From a bacterium (GTDB lineage: Bacteria; UBA8248): a DNA stretch of 64,000 nt. Position numbers and translations under genes: made by a program. The notes beneath the pieces were generated by a model. That model ran no database searches. It saw nothing but the letters and a program-made list of their open reading frames with translations, and had not been told where the DNA came from. The stretch is taken from positions 1,120,001 through 1,184,000 of the forward strand of contig OZ244799.1 in assembly GCA_965219955.1 (NCBI GenBank), read 5' to 3'. Shown here one piece after another: positions 58,651-64,000 of this stretch. Numbering within the stretch: the first letter of the stretch is position 1; every line of letters begins with the position of its first letter.

Positions 58651-59487
58651 CTATTGCGCCTGCACGATGGGCGTGTCGTCGCGGTTGCCCCATTCCTTCC
58701 AGGAGCTCATGTAGTTTTTTACCCTGGGGTAGTCCAGGAGCCGCAGGGCGAAGTAACCGTGCGCCGCACGGTAGCCCGTCTGTCAGTAGGCGGTCACTTC
58801 TTTTTCGGGCGTGACGCCGATGGCCTCGAACTGCGCGCGAAGCTCATCGGCTGGCTTCATCTCGCCCTCGGGCGTCAGGTGCTGGAGCCACTCCTGCCAG
58901 ACCGCGCCGGGGATGATGCCGCTGCGCCTGGCGCGCGTGCTGCGCCCCTCCCACTCCTCAACCGAGCGGGTGTCGAGCAGCATGTGGTTGTCGTCCTCGA
59001 TGGCCGCCAGAACGTCCTCGCGCGTGGCGAGTCGGCCCGGCTCGAACGCCATCTCGAATGCGGTGGCCTTGGGCACTTCGGCGTCGCGCGTCGTCTCGTA
59101 GCCCGCCCGCTCCCAGGCGCGGTAGCCGCCGTCGAGCACGTGGACGTCCTTGTGGCCGAAAAGCTCCAGCATCCAGAAGCCGCGCACGCTCGTGTTGCCG
59201 ACGAAGTCGTCGTAGAAGACGATGGTGTTCTCGAACGACACCCCGCGGTTCCCCAGCAGAAACGCCCACATGGCGAAGAAATTCCTCAAGGGCGCCTCGT
59301 CCGAATCGTCGCTGTTCACGCCGTAGACGTCGAAGTGCCGCGCGCCGGGGATGTGGCCCATCGTGTAGCGCTCGCCGGGGCGCGTGTCGATGATTCTTAA
59401 ACCAGGGTCGTCCATGCGTGTTTTAAGTTGTTCGGCCGACCAGAGCAGGCCGGGGTTCGCATACCCTTTCGGGTTGTCGCTCGTCAT
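58651..59487 (-). CDS. Two-domain rhodanese/sulfurtransferase selenoprotein (Sec235 at the catalytic position), 278 aa
   Basis: The ORF stops at TGA 58785-58783 in EVTAY. Read-through gives Y-U-QTGYRAAHGYFALRLLDYPRVKNYMSSWKEWGNRDDTPIVQAQ ending at TAG 58653-58651, completing the active loop and the C-terminal rhodanese signature. GHIPGA and LDGG are present. Confidence 0.9.
58756..58772 (-). promoter_or_regulatory. Putative bacterial SECIS hairpin
   Basis: Perfect 7-bp stem ACCGUGC-GGC-GCACGGU begins after a 10-nt spacer from the UGA, with G-starting apical loop. Confidence 0.7.
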
Positions 59488-59499
59488 GGTGTTCTCCTC

Positions 59500-60246
59500 C
59501 TAGTCCGTCCAGAAGCCGCCGTTCACGTCCACCGCCTCGCCGTTGATGTGCGCGGCCTCCTCGCTCGAGAGGAACAGGACGGTGTGCCATACGTCCTCTG
59601 GCGTCGTGAGCCTGCCCATCGGGTGCGCCTTCTCGGCGTTCACGAGCATCTCGGGCGGGGACTGGAAGTGAAGGCCCGTATCGGCCGGACCCGGCTGTAT
59701 GGTGTTGATCGTCACGCCCGTTTTCGCCAATTCGCGCGCCAGGTTGAACGTCATGGCGAGCAGGCCCGCCTTGGCGGCGGAGTAGGTGAGGTTGGGGCCG
59801 ATGCCCCCCATTTTCCCCGCGATGGACGCGAAACTGACGATGCGCCCCGTGCCCGAGGCCTTGAGCGCCTCGATGGTCTCCTGGATGCAGAAATAGGGCG
59901 CGAGCAGGTTCACGTTCAGCACGACGTTCCAGTCCTCTTCTTCGAGTTCCATCGGCGGGCGAATCGGCATGTAGCCGGCCACGTTGGCCAGTACGTCACA
60001 GCCGCCGAGCCACTCGAGGGCCGTTCGCATGGTCGTGCGGATGGCGTCCACGTCGGCGAGGTCGCAGGGGAGCTTGAAGAGCTGATCGGACGGGCCTTCT
60101 ATCGCGTCGAAGGCCGGGCCTTCCCTGTCGGTGGCGAAAACCTTGGCGCCGGCTTCGAGGTATCCCTGCAGGATGCGGCTTCCCATCGCCCCCGCCGCGC
60201 CCGTGAGGATGACCTTCCGGTCGTGAAAATCAAAACGAATGGGCAT
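59500..60246 (-). CDS. Short-chain dehydrogenase/reductase
   Basis: TGAAGAMG, NVNL, YSAAK and DVNGG. Start moved to ATG 60246. Confidence 0.92.
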   Translation of the reverse strand: MPIRFDFHDRKVILTGAAGAMGSRILQGYLEAGAKVFATDREGPAFDAIEGPSDQLFKLPCDLADVDAIRTTMRTALEWLGGCDVLANVAGYMPIRPPMELEEEDWNVVLNVNLLAPYFCIQETIEALKASGTGRIVSFASIAGKMGGIGPNLTYSAAKAGLLAMTFNLARELAKTGVTINTIQPGPADTGLHFQSPPEMLVNAEKAHPMGRLTTPEDVWHTVLFLSSEEAAHINGEAVDVNGGFWTD

Positions 60247-60587
60247 TGCGTCACTCCAAAATGATGTCCATGGGATGATCCGAATGTTCATATTCGGGCT
60301 TCAATACGGCGGATGATACACCACAAACGAAAGGGGAGAAAGCGGGAGGGGGAAGCGCCTCGAAATAGGGGAGACGGGTCTCGTACGGCGATTTTAAGGG
60401 TTTTAATTTGCCTATCGAGTTGTTATGATGGATTCATCATATGCAGGCGAAGCGCCATCGCGTTCTGTTGAATGCCGGAGGATTGCGATGCGTTCGAATC
60501 GGCATACCGATCCGATTACCAGACAAAGGACAAGAACATAAAGACGCCCCGTGGCATGGACTCTCGCGCCGCAAACGAGTGGAGGTT

Positions 60588-62876
60588 ATGATGGCTGAAC
60601 TCTCATACATCGGAAAAAGCGTGCCCCGCGTCGACGGGCCGGAAAAGGTGACGGGACGGGCCATGTTCACCCTGGACCTCCAGTTGCCCAAAATGCTCCA
60701 CGGGAGGCTGCTCGGGAGTCCCCTGCCGCACGCGCGAATCAAGAACATCGATACCAGCCGCGCCGAGAGGCTCCCCGGCGTCAAGCTCGTGATGACGTCC
60801 AGGGATATCCCCGAGGGAGTGGAATGGGGCGTCGTGCCCGTTTGCTACGATCAGCATCCCCTCGCCTCGGACAAGGTGCGGCACGTGGGCGACTCGGTGG
60901 CGGCTGTTATCGCGACTTCAGAAGACATCGCGGTTGAGGCGCTCGATCTGATCGACGTCGACTACGAGGAGCTTCCCGCCGTCTTCGACCCGAGAGAAGC
61001 GATGCAAGAGGGCGCTCCCGTCATCCACGACAGGTACCCGGACAACATCGCCTTCACCAAGCACATGGAGTTCGGCGACGTGGACCGCATGTTCGACGAG
61101 GCCCATCACGTGAGCGAGCTGGCCACCTCCTCCTCGCGCCAGATGCACGGCTCGTTGGAGGCGCACGTCTCCATCGCCGAGTGGTCGCAGAAGGGCGACG
61201 TGACGGTCTACAATTCCTCGCAATGCCCGAGTCTTTCGAGCCAGTATTTCTCCAAACTCCTCAAGATTCCGGAGGCCCAGATTCGCGTGATCACGAACTA
61301 CGTGGGCGGGGGATTCGGCGGGAAGGCGACGAGCAAGTTCAACATCGATTTCCTCTCCATCATCGCGGCGAAAAAGCTGAACCTCCCCGTAAAATTCTAC
61401 TACACGCGGGAAGAGGAGTTTCTTCTCGGGACGCACCGGACGAAGCAGTTCCACGTCTGGCGCATCGCCACCGACAAGGACGGGATGCTGCTCGCCCGAG
61501 ACACCCAGATGGTGGTGGAAAACGGCGGGTATTCGGATTACAGCCCGGCGGTCGGCGGCATCACGGCGCACATGGGCGGGAGCATCTACAACTACAAGGC
61601 CTATCGCCACCACGCCGACGTCGTCTGCACGAACGTGCCGCCCGGCGGCGCGATGCGCGGAATCGGCAACGCCGGCTATGCGTTCGGCTCGGAACTCGCC
61701 ATGGAGAAACACGCCGAGGAGATCGGCATGGACCCGGCGGAGTTCCGCATCAAGAATTTCGTGCGGAAGGGCGACACCACCATCATCGGGGCCAAGATCA
61801 CCAGTTGCGGCGTTTCCGAATGCGTGGAAGAGGCGGTCAAGCGCGTGCCCTGGCGCCAGAAACAGCCGAGCAGCAACGGGAAAAGGCGCGGCTTCGGGCT
61901 GGCCGCTGCGGTTCATTTCACCGGAGCGCGCGCAATGGGGCCGGAGACGGCGGGCGCGTTCATCAAAATGAACAAGGACGGCACCGTGCAGCTGCTCTCG
62001 GGCACCATCGAGATGGGCAACGGCTCGGACACCACGCTCGCCCAGATTTGCGCCGAGGCGATAGGGATTCGCGTGGAGGACGTGCGGATCATCAACGGCG
62101 ACACCGCGGTGAATCCCTACGGCTGGGGCGTGCGCGGAAGCCGCACGACGACCATCGACGGCGAGGCGACGCGCCTGGCGTCGGTCCAGGCGAAGAACAT
62201 GCTCTTCAGGGGCGCGGCGGAACTGCTCGAATGCGACCCGAACGACCTCGACGCGCGCGACGGCAGGATTTTCGTCACCAGCTCTCCCGAGCGGCAGGTG
62301 ACCCACAGCGAAGCCTACATGAAACTCTACGAAAAAGAGGGCAGCGAGGCCGTCTACACGGCGTCCTCTTATGACTCGCCGAGCGAGACGCCCGACCCCG
62401 TGACGGGCTACGGGAACTGGTCCGCGGCGTATGCCTACGGCGCCAAGGTGGCGGAAGTGGAAGTGGACACCGAAACCGGCGCGTTCGAGGTGCTGCGCGT
62501 CATCAGCACGAACGACTGCGGAACCATCGTGAATCCCGCCGGCGCGCAGGGGCAGTTGGACGGCGGCGCGGTCATGGGCGTGGGCTACGCCATGATGGAG
62601 GATTTCGAGTGCGAAGACGGACAGCCGGTGAACGCGAACTGGCTCGACTACAAGCTGCCCACCACGCAGGATTTGCCCGAACTCGAGGCCGTGCTTATCG
62701 AGACGGAAAATCCCTCGGGGCCTTTCGGCGCGAAGGGGCTGGGCGAGATGGCGCAACTGGGAACCTCGGCGGCGATAGGCAACGCGATCTATGACGCCGT
62801 GGGCGTGCGGATTACGTCGCTGCCCATAACGCCCGAGAAGGTGCTGGCTGCCCTGAACGAGAAAAACGGCGATTAA
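60588..62876 (+). CDS. Xanthine dehydrogenase family molybdopterin-binding (large) subunit
   Basis: IGKSVPRVDGPEKVTG, GGGFGGK, AMRGIG, EMGNG, GQLDGG and GAKGLGE. GGAGG RBS. Confidence 0.95.
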   Translation: MMAELSYIGKSVPRVDGPEKVTGRAMFTLDLQLPKMLHGRLLGSPLPHARIKNIDTSRAERLPGVKLVMTSRDIPEGVEWGVVPVCYDQHPLASDKVRHVGDSVAAVIATSEDIAVEALDLIDVDYEELPAVFDPREAMQEGAPVIHDRYPDNIAFTKHMEFGDVDRMFDEAHHVSELATSSSRQMHGSLEAHVSIAEWSQKGDVTVYNSSQCPSLSSQYFSKLLKIPEAQIRVITNYVGGGFGGKATSKFNIDFLSIIAAKKLNLPVKFYYTREEEFLLGTHRTKQFHVWRIATDKDGMLLARDTQMVVENGGYSDYSPAVGGITAHMGGSIYNYKAYRHHADVVCTNVPPGGAMRGIGNAGYAFGSELAMEKHAEEIGMDPAEFRIKNFVRKGDTTIIGAKITSCGVSECVEEAVKRVPWRQKQPSSNGKRRGFGLAAAVHFTGARAMGPETAGAFIKMNKDGTVQLLSGTIEMGNGSDTTLAQICAEAIGIRVEDVRIINGDTAVNPYGWGVRGSRTTTIDGEATRLASVQAKNMLFRGAAELLECDPNDLDARDGRIFVTSSPERQVTHSEAYMKLYEKEGSEAVYTASSYDSPSETPDPVTGYGNWSAAYAYGAKVAEVEVDTETGAFEVLRVISTNDCGTIVNPAGAQGQLDGGAVMGVGYAMMEDFECEDGQPVNANWLDYKLPTTQDLPELEAVLIETENPSGPFGAKGLGEMAQLGTSAAIGNAIYDAVGVRITSLPITPEKVLAALNEKNGD

Positions 62877-62896
62877 CGAGGAGAGGGGAGAAAAAA

Positions 62897-63763
62897 ATGG
62901 CTTTCAGGCATTTACCCGCGAACAGCGCGGAGGAAACGCTCGCCGCCATGAAGGAGCACGGCGAAGACGGGAAAGTGTTCGCCGGCGGCGTGGCCCTCTC
63001 GATTCTCATGAAATCGCGGGTGTACGAACCCGAGGTGCTGATAGACATCGCCGGAGCGGGGGATCTGGATTTCATCGAGGGAACCGGGAACGGCGGCCTC
63101 CGCATCGGAGCGAAGACGGTGCACCGCAAGATCGAGACTTCCCCCCTCGTGCAGGAGCGCTTCCCGCTGCTCGCGGAAATTTTTCACAACGTGGCCACGA
63201 TTCGCATCCGCAACCAGGGGACGGTGGGCGGCAATCTGTGCTTCGCGGAACCGGCCTCCGACCCGCCGGGCGCATTTCTGGCCCTCGAGGCCAGGATGAA
63301 CGCCAAAAAGGCGGACGGCTCCGAACGCGTGATTCCCGCGGCGGAGTTCTGGACGGGATATTACGAGTGCGCCCTGGATGAGGATGAACTGCTGTGTTCG
63401 ATCGAAGTCGACCCGCTGCCCGATGGGTTCCGGACGGCGTGCACGCGCTTCACCACGCGCTCGAAAGAGGACAAGCCCTGCGTATCCGTCTCCACAGCGG
63501 TGCTCACCGAAGAGGACGGCAAGACGGCCAAGGAGGTGAGAATCGGCCTGGGCGGCGTGGAGGCCGTGTTCAGGCGCCTCACGGCGGTGGAAGACGGTCT
63601 TCGGGGCAAGGAACTCAACCAGGAGAACATCGACGCCGTTCTCGCGGACGCGCTCGATGACCTGGAGCCTCTCACCGACATCCGCGCGAGCAGCGATTAC
63701 AGACGTCAGGTCACGCCCGTCCTGATCCGGCGAACCATCCTGAAGGCGCTGGGCGCGTCCTGA
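62897..63763 (+). CDS. Xanthine/CO dehydrogenase family FAD-binding (medium) subunit
   Basis: AGGVAL, IRNQGTVGGN, ASD and DIRASSDYR. Confidence 0.94.
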   Translation: MAFRHLPANSAEETLAAMKEHGEDGKVFAGGVALSILMKSRVYEPEVLIDIAGAGDLDFIEGTGNGGLRIGAKTVHRKIETSPLVQERFPLLAEIFHNVATIRIRNQGTVGGNLCFAEPASDPPGAFLALEARMNAKKADGSERVIPAAEFWTGYYECALDEDELLCSIEVDPLPDGFRTACTRFTTRSKEDKPCVSVSTAVLTEEDGKTAKEVRIGLGGVEAVFRRLTAVEDGLRGKELNQENIDAVLADALDDLEPLTDIRASSDYRRQVTPVLIRRTILKALGAS

Positions 63764-64000
63764 ACCGACGGGTTCGCTCTTTTTTCTTGAATTTTCCGGG
63801 ACTGATGAGGGATACTGCGTTTCACTTGAGATATGCTTGATTGCGTCCGCGGGTAAGGATGGGGGAGGCATCCTCCCGGTAATTCACTTCACAAGGAAGC
63901 CAGAAAACGGAAGAGGTGGTTGTTCCTGCAATCGCCTCGTCATGCCCGAATGTTGTTAGTCGAACTTCTCACGGGGGGGGACAGAGATATGAAGAGAAAT

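Noticed and set aside
63989-64000. ORF start at the window edge
   Set aside because: Only four codons are visible, so it cannot be assigned.

Overview
GC-rich bacterial chromosomal window. It carries mostly catabolic, redox and transport genes: recQ, a W-type aldehyde oxidoreductase, an NAD-linked formate dehydrogenase, SDRs, EamA paralogues, an FdrA/amidase/UbiX operon, TAXI-TRAP and NitT/TauT ABC transporters, and xanthine-dehydrogenase-family subunits. It also holds a 14.5-kb MoxR/vWA/DUF58/DUF4159/DUF4175 operon and a HEPN/MNT pair. Main observations read from the DNA: (1) An IS1111-type IS110 element (about 50154-51530) is inserted into a GTAG-REP palindrome. Its CG core, sub-terminal inverted repeats, circle-junction promoter and candidate target and donor guides of a bridge/seek RNA are all visible. 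(2) Two selenoproteins that the ORF track splits or truncates: an AhpD/CMD-like CxxU protein and a rhodanese with UGA at the catalytic Cys, each followed by a SECIS-like hairpin. (3) Most large intergenic regions are nested mosaics of several palindromic repeat families inside GTTGAAAAA/TTTTTCAAC-ended MITE-like shells. (4) A sixA-like gene is enclosed by a 50-bp inverted repeat. All calls come from motif recognition by eye, with no database searches. Several start codons were moved downstream of the ORF-track start to match RBS or homology.
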